Shown here: one piece after another, positions 46,615 through 55,167 of the stretch | Layout of the letters: each line of letters opens with the position of its first letter | Position numbering within the stretch: the first letter of the stretch is position 1 | Assembly (NCBI GenBank): GCA_964595455.1 | Contig: CAZQQL010000001.1 | Location: 15,236-79,235 of the forward strand | Direction: 5' to 3' | DNA length: 64,000 nucleotides | DNA from: an uncultured Dehalococcoidaceae bacterium | Lineage (GTDB): Bacteria > Chloroflexota > Dehalococcoidia > Dehalococcoidales > RBG-16-60-22 | Translations under genes and position numbers: made by a program | The notes under the pieces: model-generated | What the model was told of the DNA's origin: nothing | The model's input: only the letters and a program-made list of their open reading frames with translations | Databases searched by the model: none

Positions 46615-46800
46615 CCCGTTTCAGGGACATGGGAATCAGCCGGTACCCCGATACTATCGGGGTCGACGGTAATGCTGGAAACGGCATTGCCTCCCGGGTG
46701 GAAAAGAGGAACTGATATGGCCCCAACACGTATCATAATGGCATCTGTCCCCCGGATGTCTCCTTCCATTTCTTTCCACCTCGCTATCGGCTCTGTTTTC
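46615..46800 (+). ncRNA. Structured leader; possible cobalamin riboswitch (unconfirmed)
   Basis: The segments GGGAA..., GTCGACGGTAAT and TTGCCTCCCGGGTGGAAAAG loosely resemble the E. coli btuB leader segments GGGAAUCC, GCAGCGGUAAGG and CUGCCAUUCGGUGGGAAG. I could not find a clean B12 box. Position upstream of a corrinoid/siderophore-type ABC transporter. Confidence 0.3.
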
Positions 46801-46806
46801 CTGGGC

Positions 46807-46850
46807 AGACTGTCCCTCCGGAGAAACTATTTAAACGACTCCGGAGAGGA
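46807..46850. repeat. Hairpin element sharing a 15-mer with the element at 27356-27405
   Basis: AGACTGTCCCTCCGG at 46807-46821. It contains two copies of the self-complementary CTCCGGAG; a third CTCCGGAG lies at 46592-46599. Confidence 0.5.
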
Positions 46851-46925
46851 TTGCCTCCGTACTGACTTCAGCAGCTCCTCTCTTGATCCATATTCATCCC
46901 ATGATTAAGAGATAGGAGTACACTA

Positions 46926-48032
46926 ATGAATAAATGTCTTGCTGCCCTCGTTGTTTTGCTCATTATACTTGCAGCGTTACCTGTCATTTCTACCGGCTGT
47001 GAAAACCAGGTAACCACGTCCTCCGTCGCGGCGACTACCCGCACTATAACTGATATGTTCGGTCGGGAATTGGTCGTGCCATCCGTCATCAACCGCGTCC
47101 TTACCACCGGTCCGATAGAAATGGAACTGGTATACCTTATCGCGCCGGATAAACTGGCCGGGCTGAGCTTCACGTTCAACGGCAAGCCCTCTCTGGTACC
47201 GCAAAAGTACGCCAGCCTGCCCGTGGTCGGCGGCTGGTTCGGTACCCAGACCGGCAACTATGAGACCTTCATCGCCGCCCGGCCCGATATTATTCTCGAG
47301 GGGCAGTTCCAGGAATCCACGATCGCAGAACGGCAGGAGAAGTTCGGCAGTATCCCGGTGGTCGGCGTCTCCGCCGGTGAAGCATCTACCAACTATAAGG
47401 ACGATGCCCTGACCGAATACGAAAAAGAAATCCGTTTCATCGGCGAACTGCTCGGGGAACAGGAACGGGCGGAAGCCCTCATTACCTACTATAAAGAAGC
47501 CATGCAGTACGTGGAGAGCATCGTTTCCGGCATGCCTGAGGCAGACAGGGTAAGGGTCTACTACGCCGAAGGCAAGGAAGGCTTCAGCACCGACCCCATC
47601 GGCTCCATGCATACCCGCTTGCTGGAATTCTGCGGCGGGATCAACGTTGCCGAGGTGGAACTCAAGGGGGGTTACGGCATGGCGGAAACATCCTTCGAGC
47701 AGATTGCCGTATGGGACCCGGACATGATCATCATCGGGCGGGGCAGCCAGACCAGCCTCTATCAGGCCATTATGACCTCCGGTACCTGGGGCGAACTCCG
47801 GGCAGTCAAGGACAAGCAGGTATTTCTCAGGCCGGACAACCCATTTTCCTGGTTCGACGGACCTCCCGGTCCCTGCCAGATAGTCGGCATGTACTGGATG
47901 GTCGACAAGCTCTATCCGGAAAAGACCGTCGGGCTGGACCTGGAAGGTAAGGTCAAGGAATTCTACAGCAAGTTCTTCCATTATGAGTTGACCGATGCGG
48001 AACTGAATAACCTTCTCGGAACGGGGCAGTAG
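46926..48032 (+). CDS. ABC transporter substrate-binding lipoprotein, iron-siderophore/cobalamin (BtuF/FecB) type
   Basis: Lipobox ISTGC and a periplasmic-binding-protein type 2 layout. First gene of the FecCD/ATPase operon. Confidence 0.8.
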   Translation: MNKCLAALVVLLIILAALPVISTGCENQVTTSSVAATTRTITDMFGRELVVPSVINRVLTTGPIEMELVYLIAPDKLAGLSFTFNGKPSLVPQKYASLPVVGGWFGTQTGNYETFIAARPDIILEGQFQESTIAERQEKFGSIPVVGVSAGEASTNYKDDALTEYEKEIRFIGELLGEQERAEALITYYKEAMQYVESIVSGMPEADRVRVYYAEGKEGFSTDPIGSMHTRLLEFCGGINVAEVELKGGYGMAETSFEQIAVWDPDMIIIGRGSQTSLYQAIMTSGTWGELRAVKDKQVFLRPDNPFSWFDGPPGPCQIVGMYWMVDKLYPEKTVGLDLEGKVKEFYSKFFHYELTDAELNNLLGTGQ

Positions 48033-48036
48033 CAGC

Positions 48037-49098
48037 ATGGCTGTGGACTGCACCAGGCCGGTTGAGAACCGGTGGCTCGCCGCGCTCAGGGCGCGCGGCG
48101 GGCTTTCCGCTACACTCTTGTTCGCAATCGTGCTTATGGCCCTTTTTATACTCTCCTTCGCCATCGGCCGCTATCCCGTGTCTCCTATCGATGTTATCAA
48201 GGTGTTTATCTCGCAGCTTCCCGGCATCGATATCGCCCTGCCGGAGATGGCGGCCACCGTGGTGATGGAGATCCGCCTGCCCCGCATCATCGCCGCTGTG
48301 CTCGTGGGCGGCAGTCTGTCCATCGCCGGGGCATCCTTTCAAGGTTTGTTCCGCAATCCCCTCGTCTCCCCGGATATCCTCGGCGTGGCCGCCGGGGCCG
48401 GGTTTGGAGCCGCGCTCGGTATTCTGGTTTCGGGAGACCCTTTCGTGGTCCAGGGACTGGCCTTCGTTTTCAGCCTCGCGGCGGTCGGGATCTCGTACTC
48501 CGTCAGCCGGGTGGTGCGCAGCAATCCCACCCTGAGCCTGATACTGGCTGGAATGGCCATCGGTTCGCTCTTCGGAGCGTTCCTTTCCCTGGTCAAGTAT
48601 GTCGCCGATCCTACGGACCAGCTTCCCACCATCGTCTACTGGCTTATGGGAAGCCTGTCCGCTGTCGGGCATGAAGACCTCCTTATGGTGGCCGGCCCTA
48701 TGATAGTCGGCATCATCGTACTGCTGCTTATACGCTGGCGGCTCAACGTGCTGGCCATGGGTGAAGAAGAAGCCCTCTCTCTGGGCGTGGATACTAGAAA
48801 AGTAAGGATAATCGTCATCATTTGTTGTACCATGATCACCGCCTCGGCGGTTTGCATCAGCGGCATTATCGGCTGGGTCGGCCTGGTGATCCCGCACATG
48901 GGGAGGATGCTGGTGGGGCCGTGCCACAAGAAACTCCTGCCGGTGGCGACGCTGATGGGCGCAGTCTTCCTGCTCCTCATCGATAACCTCACCCGCACGG
49001 CCGCTTCGGTGGAAATCCCGATAGGCATCCTGACGGCAATCATCGGCGTGCCGTTCTTCCTGTATCTCCTCACAAGTCGGAAAAAGGGGTGGTTATGA
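48037..49098 (+). CDS. FecCD/BtuC-family ABC permease
   Basis: RLPRIIAAVLVGGSLSIAGASFQGLFRNPLVSPDILG is a hallmark FecCD block. Confidence 0.85.
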   Translation: MAVDCTRPVENRWLAALRARGGLSATLLFAIVLMALFILSFAIGRYPVSPIDVIKVFISQLPGIDIALPEMAATVVMEIRLPRIIAAVLVGGSLSIAGASFQGLFRNPLVSPDILGVAAGAGFGAALGILVSGDPFVVQGLAFVFSLAAVGISYSVSRVVRSNPTLSLILAGMAIGSLFGAFLSLVKYVADPTDQLPTIVYWLMGSLSAVGHEDLLMVAGPMIVGIIVLLLIRWRLNVLAMGEEEALSLGVDTRKVRIIVIICCTMITASAVCISGIIGWVGLVIPHMGRMLVGPCHKKLLPVATLMGAVFLLLIDNLTRTAASVEIPIGILTAIIGVPFFLYLLTSRKKGWL

Positions 49099-49928
49099 AA
49101 CTGGTGGTACGGAACGCAGCGTTTCACTATACTCCTGGCGGTGAGTCCGGCTTCGACGATATGAGCCTGGATCTTGAAGACGGAGAAATCCTCTGCCTGC
49201 TCGGGCCCAACGGCTGCGGCAAGACCACGTTCCTCAAGTGTCTCTGTAATCTGATGCCCCTGGAAACAGGGGATGTCTTCATCGACGGCCGCAGCATCCA
49301 TTCGATGCGCCGCCGGGAAGTAGCCCGGTACATGGGGTACGTTCCCCAGGTCCATCAGCCCGCCTTCCCCTTTTCGGTGCTGGACGCGGTGCTCGTGGGC
49401 CGGGCATCTCATCTCAACATGCTGGCTTCCCCGGCTGATAAGGACATAGCTATCGCCGTCAGAGCGCTGGAATCGCTGGGAATTGCTCATCTCCGGGAAA
49501 AACCTTACACTGAAATCAGCGGCGGTGAACGGCAACTGGTCATTTTTGCGCGGGTTATCGCCCAGCAGCCTTCTCTACTTTTGCTGGACGAGCCGACCTC
49601 CCACCTGGACTTCGGCAACCAGGTTCGGCTGTTGCAGGTCGTGCAGGACCTGGCGGATACCGGACTGCCAATAATCATGACGTCGCATTTCCCGGACCAT
49701 GTCTTCATGTCCGCCAGTAAGGTAGCGCTGATGAAAAACGGCGGGGTACTTGACTACGGTTGCCCGGATGATGTGGTGACGGAGGACAATCTCGGAGATA
49801 TCTATGGCATCCCGGTAAACATCAGGTATATAGATGGGCCGGTGGGCAGGAAAATATGCATACCGCTGGTTTGCAATGCAAATAACAACAAGGAAGTGAC
49901 ATCATGGAAGACTTCGCTTATTTCCTGA
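49095..49928 (+). CDS. ABC transporter ATP-binding protein (BtuD/FepC-like)
   Basis: Walker A GPNGCGKT, signature ISGGERQ, Walker B LLLDEPTSHLD. ATGA overlap with the permease stop. Confidence 0.85.
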   Translation: MKLVVRNAAFHYTPGGESGFDDMSLDLEDGEILCLLGPNGCGKTTFLKCLCNLMPLETGDVFIDGRSIHSMRRREVARYMGYVPQVHQPAFPFSVLDAVLVGRASHLNMLASPADKDIAIAVRALESLGIAHLREKPYTEISGGERQLVIFARVIAQQPSLLLLDEPTSHLDFGNQVRLLQVVQDLADTGLPIIMTSHFPDHVFMSASKVALMKNGGVLDYGCPDDVVTEDNLGDIYGIPVNIRYIDGPVGRKICIPLVCNANNNKEVTSWKTSLIS

Positions 49929-50467
49929 ATAAGGCATCCGAATTCCACGGCGGAACGTGCGTCGGTCTTGCCCTGGGAACCCGGATCACCGTGGCGGCCC
50001 TGCGGTACCTGGGGTTGGATCCGTACCAGAACAATAAAAAGAAAGTCATTGTCTATGCTGAGATAGACCGCTGCATGACTGACGCGGTCCAGGCCGTGAC
50101 GGGGTGCTCGCTGGGGAAACGGTCTCTGAAGCACGTCAACTACGGGCGCTTTGCGGCGACGTTTGTCAACCTGGAGACGGGGAAAGCGGTCCGCGGTACC
50201 GTGACGAAAGTCTTTTCTTCCCAGTTAGATAAGGAAGACACGCTCAAAGAAATTGCTGCTACGCCGGATGAAGAGCTCGTGACCCTCCAGCCGGTACGTG
50301 TGATCATCCCGGAAAATGATCTGCCGGGGTCTCCCCGTGAAACTGCAGTCTGCTCCTCCTGTGGCGAGCGTATCGCGGACGGCAGGCACATTAAGCAGAA
50401 CGGCGTCACTCTGTGCCAGGCCTGCGCGAACGGCGCTTACTATACCTTATTGGAAAGTGACAGGTAA
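49904..50467 (+). CDS. FmdE-family protein (formylmethanofuran dehydrogenase subunit E-like) with C-terminal zinc ribbon
   Basis: FHGGTCVGLALG N-terminal block and CSSCGE...CQAC zinc ribbon. Overlaps the ATPase gene by 25 nt. Confidence 0.75.
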   Translation: MEDFAYFLNKASEFHGGTCVGLALGTRITVAALRYLGLDPYQNNKKKVIVYAEIDRCMTDAVQAVTGCSLGKRSLKHVNYGRFAATFVNLETGKAVRGTVTKVFSSQLDKEDTLKEIAATPDEELVTLQPVRVIIPENDLPGSPRETAVCSSCGERIADGRHIKQNGVTLCQACANGAYYTLLESDR

Positions 50468-50468
50468 T

Positions 50469-51305
50469 ATGGACTTCAACTCGATAGACTGGAACGCCAT
50501 GTGGGGAGAAGCCTCCGGCCGAGGCCACTGGAGAGACGGGATGTCCCAGAAGGAATTATGGGACAAGCGGGCGGATACCTTCGATAAAAGTGTCAACCGG
50601 GGCAAGGCTGGAGGAGAGCGGGACAAGGATGACTATATTTCGAGGATGCTGGACCGCATTGAAATCCAACCGGGGTGGACGGTGCTGGACATCGGTTCCG
50701 GACCGGGCATGCTGGCTATCCCGCTGGCTGAGAAAGGGGCCTCTATCACTGCCCTGGACATCTCTCCCAGGATGCTGGAACGTCTCCGTGACAACGCCGC
50801 AGAGAAGGACCTCGGCGGCGTGACCTGCATCAACGCTCCCTGGCAGGAAGCCCTGGCCAGGGTTCCTCCTCATGATGTGGTGGTGGCTTCACGTTCGTTC
50901 ATGGCCGGAGACATGAAACATGCCCTGGAATGTGTCGCCAATATCGCGAAACGGGCGGCCTATCTCACGTTCCCTGTCGTGCACCTGCCGTTCGATTTTG
51001 AGGTGTATCAGGTCATCGGTCGCGGAGAGAAAAAACATGCCCCGTATATTTACATTGCCAACATGCTCTACCAGATGGGAATCCATGCTGACGTGGAGAT
51101 TCTTTACTCAAAAGTGAAGGTCCGGTTTTCCAGCATCGAGGAAGCCGTCAGCAGCTTGCAATGGCGGACAGACCCCTTCACGCAAGAAGAACTGGCGGCG
51201 ATACGGGCCTACCTGGGGCCGAAATTCGCCGATGCTGCGGGGGGTATTTTTACCCATGAGGGCTTTTCCCGCTGGGCGCTTATTTCCTGGAAGAACAGGA
51301 CCTGA
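50469..51305 (+). CDS. Class I SAM-dependent methyltransferase
   Basis: VLDIGSGPGMLAIPLAEKG motif I. The start is 1 nt after the FmdE stop; the upstream part of the ORF-track ORF is out-of-frame overlap. Confidence 0.75.
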   Translation: MDFNSIDWNAMWGEASGRGHWRDGMSQKELWDKRADTFDKSVNRGKAGGERDKDDYISRMLDRIEIQPGWTVLDIGSGPGMLAIPLAEKGASITALDISPRMLERLRDNAAEKDLGGVTCINAPWQEALARVPPHDVVVASRSFMAGDMKHALECVANIAKRAAYLTFPVVHLPFDFEVYQVIGRGEKKHAPYIYIANMLYQMGIHADVEILYSKVKVRFSSIEEAVSSLQWRTDPFTQEELAAIRAYLGPKFADAAGGIFTHEGFSRWALISWKNRT

Positions 51306-51321
51306 CTCTCTTGCCATAAAA

Positions 51322-51357
51322 AGAGGGTGCTGCCGCCCTCGGGCGGCAGCACCCTCT
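51322..51357. terminator. 16-bp GC-rich hairpin between convergent genes
   Basis: AGAGGGTGCTGCCGCC-ctcg-GGCGGCAGCACCCTCT. The T-run is on the minus-strand side (CTTTTTATGG). Confidence 0.6.
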
Positions 51358-51376
51358 GATTCACTTCAGGTAGCGT

Positions 51377-52642
51377 TTAGCGGTAAACGCCGTATTCCTT
51401 GACAAAGTCGATCATGGCTTTCAGGTTTTCCGCTTTCACCTCTTCAATCGAACTGCGCGGTGAAAGAACGTAACCGCCGTCTTTTCCCACTACATCGATG
51501 AGCTTCTTGCAGTAGGCGATCACATCTTCCTTGCTGCCGACCTGGAGGATGGAGGAGGGGACATTGCCTTCGATGCAGCAGTGGCCCTTCAGGATTTCCT
51601 TGGCGCGGAAGATGTCGGAGGTATCGAAACGGGCGATGAATTTGCCCTTGGGCAGATCAAGCAGGTACTCGATGCGTGAATCGAAACAGCCCTCGAAGAA
51701 GATGCCGGGCGTCGCGCCTTTGGCGCACAGGCTGTCTACCAGTTTCTTGAAGCTCGGCCAGTAGAACCGGTCGAACTGCTTCTTGGACATGAAATCATCG
51801 GAGCCGCGTGTATTGGTCATGAATATCCGAATATCGCCATTCTCGTCCGGGATGAGCGGCGTCTTCTCCAGCGTCTCTTTCAGGACGAAATCGATGAGTT
51901 CGAGCAGTTTGTCCGGTTGGCGGAACATGTCGTACATGATGCCAGTCATACCGCGAATGGAATGGGAGAGTGAGTCGTAAGGAGGCATCGCGCCCACCAT
52001 CGGGGTGGGATAGTAGCCGTAACTGGCCATCAACTCCATGAACTTGGCCTGTTCTGTGGCGAGCTTCCGCATCTCTTTGCCGGCCTTCTGGAGCACCGAG
52101 ACGGCCTCGGCAACCTCGGGATCGGTGAGGACCATGGCCAATGACTGCGCTGAGCCGGGGCCGTGCAGTATCTGGTACAGCGGCGGGATCTTCTCCAGCC
52201 CGGAGAGGCTCCCGTAAACGCGGGGTATCTGCTTGCGCAGCATGTAGTCGTTCGAGTCCTTCATGTACTCGTCGAACTCGTCCGCCTGGAGCCCGTCTAT
52301 TTCAATTGCCTGGAAACCGTGATTGGGATCGACGCCATGCCCCGGCCACCGCATGGTCCTGGGGTCCAGTATTTCCAGGGCTTTACCGCAGGTCGGCGGG
52401 GAACCGCCAAACGAATCCGGTCTGAAATCCTCCAGGGCTTTCACATGGGCATTGTACCAGGCATCAGGGTCATAGTAGGCGGCGGAGCAGGGGACCCCGC
52501 AGTACTTGGCCGGGAAATTGCCCATCGGGAGCGTTATCGGAACCCTGTCCGGCACCCCGAGGGTCTGGGCAGTGTGGATCCTCTTGTACCGTTCTTCTTT
52601 CAATTGCTGGGCCGGTTTCCCGATGTCAGGGTCTCGGAACAT
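51377..52642 (-). CDS. Uroporphyrinogen decarboxylase (URO-D) family protein, MtaA/CmuA-like methyltransferase type
   Basis: N-terminus VPDRVPITLP and C-terminus GGYVLSPRSSIEEVKAENLKAMIDFVKEYG are typical of the URO-D fold family. Confidence 0.6.
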   Translation of the reverse strand: MFRDPDIGKPAQQLKEERYKRIHTAQTLGVPDRVPITLPMGNFPAKYCGVPCSAAYYDPDAWYNAHVKALEDFRPDSFGGSPPTCGKALEILDPRTMRWPGHGVDPNHGFQAIEIDGLQADEFDEYMKDSNDYMLRKQIPRVYGSLSGLEKIPPLYQILHGPGSAQSLAMVLTDPEVAEAVSVLQKAGKEMRKLATEQAKFMELMASYGYYPTPMVGAMPPYDSLSHSIRGMTGIMYDMFRQPDKLLELIDFVLKETLEKTPLIPDENGDIRIFMTNTRGSDDFMSKKQFDRFYWPSFKKLVDSLCAKGATPGIFFEGCFDSRIEYLLDLPKGKFIARFDTSDIFRAKEILKGHCCIEGNVPSSILQVGSKEDVIAYCKKLIDVVGKDGGYVLSPRSSIEEVKAENLKAMIDFVKEYGVYR

Positions 52643-52820
52643 AAAGCATCTGCCTCCAAATCATTTTGCCTGTCAGCCAGGCCGCTCTATTGTAATCCAT
52701 TCTTCCGGGATTTGTCCTTTTTTCCAGACCCATGAACAAGCGAACTAAGCCCCGGCTAGGTCCGGGATCGTAACGGACCGGACCGGGAACTGGGGTTCAT
52801 CATTCAGTTGCTGCTCAGCA

Positions 52821-53738
52821 CTACCACTGGACGATGGGCAGCTTGTGGGAAAAACCGGTATCCCTGAATTTTTCTTTCCAGTTGCCCACCGGGCAATAGG
52901 TCAGGCACTTGCCGCACTTGAACGTCGGGGAGTCCTGGAGGCCTTCCGGCATGGTCTTCCGGCAGGCTTCATTGATTTCTTCTATACTGGCATCGAGTGA
53001 TGTTACCAGGTCTTCCCGTCCGCCTGTCTTCTTCATCAGACCGTGAGCCGCAATACGGCACCGGGCCATGTCGACATGGCAGTACTCGTAGACCTTCTCG
53101 CCTTTTTCATGGTTATACGTCACACGGCGGGCTTCTTTCTCTCCGTACTTGCTGAGGGCGCCGGTAGGGCAGACCGTGGTGCAGATGTTGCACTTGGACG
53201 GGTCGCAGAGCCGCGGGCCGTTGTACATGGGGTCGGGTTCCAGTTCGGCGGTGGTGAGGATGGCCCCGAACCGGTTCCTCGGTCCGAATTCCGGCGTCAG
53301 GACGATGCTCATCCACCCGAATTCCCCGAGACCTGCCGCCACCGCGGCATGCCTCTGGCTGATGGCCATACCGGCCTGGAGCGGCCCTACCTGGGTGGGC
53401 ATCGCGGCCTTGCCGGTATTGCGTTCGATGAACTGGGCGATGGCGTAAACCGAATAGAGGAGATGGAAATTGGGAGCGATGGTGTAACCGTACGTGCCGT
53501 AGACTCCCTGCGCCCTTGCATTACCGTCCTCAAAGTTCCTCATAACCGTCTGCACGACGCCGTCAGCCAGACGCACCGCGACCGAGATGACGGACTTGCA
53601 ACCCGGCAGGAAGTCCTTCGGGTTGGATCCTTCGGGCGCACCGTCAAACCGGGAAACAGGCGCGATACCGCACTTGTCCATGCCGGCCATGCGAGCGTAA
53701 TCTTTAATCTGTTGTTCCAAACTCATAGTACCCTCCAT
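52821..53738 (-). CDS. QueG / reductive-dehalogenase-like 2x[4Fe-4S] protein (short form)
   Basis: QueG-like N-terminus (IKDYARMAGMDKCGIAPVSRF). Cluster motifs CDPSKCNICTTVCPTGAL and CGKCLTYCPVG. No Tat signal. Confidence 0.55.
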   Translation of the reverse strand: MEGTMSLEQQIKDYARMAGMDKCGIAPVSRFDGAPEGSNPKDFLPGCKSVISVAVRLADGVVQTVMRNFEDGNARAQGVYGTYGYTIAPNFHLLYSVYAIAQFIERNTGKAAMPTQVGPLQAGMAISQRHAAVAAGLGEFGWMSIVLTPEFGPRNRFGAILTTAELEPDPMYNGPRLCDPSKCNICTTVCPTGALSKYGEKEARRVTYNHEKGEKVYEYCHVDMARCRIAAHGLMKKTGGREDLVTSLDASIEEINEACRKTMPEGLQDSPTFKCGKCLTYCPVGNWKEKFRDTGFSHKLPIVQW

Positions 53739-53906
53739 TGCTTGACTGATTGCTGATTCACCTGATTATATACGCAATGGAGGTATGAGTCCAAATTATG
53801 GTGGAAAATATTCCCAGGAAGCCGGGTTTCGGGTACGGTAATCGTTCTCAAGGATGCTCATATGGACATCTTCGAACTGCCCTTCCATTTGCCTTCAGAC
53901 CGTGGG

Positions 53907-54263
53907 CTACCCTAATTCGGTTGGATTGATTACCAGTCCGATACCGTCGAGGACTTGAAGAAAGCGTTGCCGGGAGACCGTCCCGATCTTTTCTACAAGA
54001 TCGCTTTTGTCCACAGTAAATAGTTGGGTTACGTTGACGACGCTGGATTTGGGAAGATTGGCTTCACCCTGCTCCAGGAGAACGTTACCGGGAGAATTTG
54101 CCCTTTTTGTATTGGATGCAAGAGTGCAGACTACAACTGTGTTGATACGGCTTTGATTAAAGATGTTGTTCTGAATGACCAGATGAGGATGGAGATATGC
54201 TGGACCTGAACCCTCCCTCGACCCCAGATCGATCCAGAAAATATCACCCTGATTGATCACCAC
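53907..54263 (-). CDS. mazF: MazF/PemK-family type II toxin (mRNA interferase)
   Basis: GDIFWIDL...HPHLVIQNN...VVVCTLASN pattern; 118 aa. Confidence 0.8.
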   Translation of the reverse strand: MVINQGDIFWIDLGSREGSGPAYLHPHLVIQNNIFNQSRINTVVVCTLASNTKRANSPGNVLLEQGEANLPKSSVVNVTQLFTVDKSDLVEKIGTVSRQRFLQVLDGIGLVINPTELG

Positions 54264-54538
54264 TCGTTTACTACTCTAGCCCTTTGTTTGGTTTTCATCC
54301 CTTGCCGGAGACGTACCTCCGCTTCATCCTGCTGGTCTTCGTAAGCTTCATTGATCGATGCAAGCAGCTTCTGGCTTTTATGTTTATTGACAAATTCACG
54401 TGCTGCTATGGCAAGAAGCCTGCTTCGAGTAACGTCCATTTCCCCTGCCAGGGCGTCTATTTCCTCAAACAAGTGTTTTTCAATTGAAATTGCAGTTTTT
54501 ACAGATGATCTTTCTTCCATACCAGGAGTATAACTCAT
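54257..54538 (-). CDS. Ribbon-helix-helix antitoxin (MazE/CopG-like)
   Basis: RHH segment KTAISIEKHLFEEIDALAGEMDVTRSRLLAIAAREFV. Overlaps the toxin start by 7 nt. Confidence 0.65.
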   Translation of the reverse strand: MSYTPGMEERSSVKTAISIEKHLFEEIDALAGEMDVTRSRLLAIAAREFVNKHKSQKLLASINEAYEDQQDEAEVRLRQGMKTKQRARVVNEW

Positions 54539-54573
54539 GGTATGGAAGAAATCAATACTAGTAATAATACGCC

Positions 54574-55011
54574 TTACGCCTTCCCCTCATACTTTTTCCC
54601 CGTATTGGTGGCAAAGTGGAACACCGGCCGGTGGATTTCAAGGATGTTGAGCGGATTGTGGAGGATGCCCGCTGGTATATAGGCGAGGAAGGTCTGGTTC
54701 ATCACGTTCCGCTCGCCGTCTATGTACAACTCGATGGTTGCCCCGAGGTCGTTCAGGTCATTGGGGTCCGTCCCGAAGAAACCCAGCACCTCATCGAACT
54801 CATGCGTATGCGGCTCGGGACTGGCTTTGTCCTCTTTGTCCGTCGGCCAGAACCAAACGCACTCCACGTAGAAGGCTCCCGGTATCACCTCGCTGTCCAG
54901 GTACATGACGCGCGTGCTCGTTTCCGCGGATAGATTACCGCCCCATTTGGGTACCGTGATATTCTCCTTGGGTTTGGTAACGATATACTTGCCATGGCTG
55001 ATTTCGTTCAT
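54574..55011 (-). CDS. Hypothetical cupin-like protein (paralog of 18308-18811)
   Basis: EPHTHEFDEVLGFFG...AYIPAGILHNPLNI aligns with the 18308 gene product. Confidence 0.5.
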   Translation of the reverse strand: MNEISHGKYIVTKPKENITVPKWGGNLSAETSTRVMYLDSEVIPGAFYVECVWFWPTDKEDKASPEPHTHEFDEVLGFFGTDPNDLNDLGATIELYIDGERNVMNQTFLAYIPAGILHNPLNILEIHRPVFHFATNTGKKYEGKA

Positions 55012-55167
55012 GTTAGTGTCTCCTGTTCTCTTTTCCCTGTTTACTCATTATAGGTTTGACCGGAACGTTAAGTAAACTGCAGCGTCAGTCTTCGATGGTT
55101 TGAAAAAATGGGTGCTGGTACCCATGTGTGCAGAACAGGCGTGAAATATGGTATACAGTAAGGAGAA

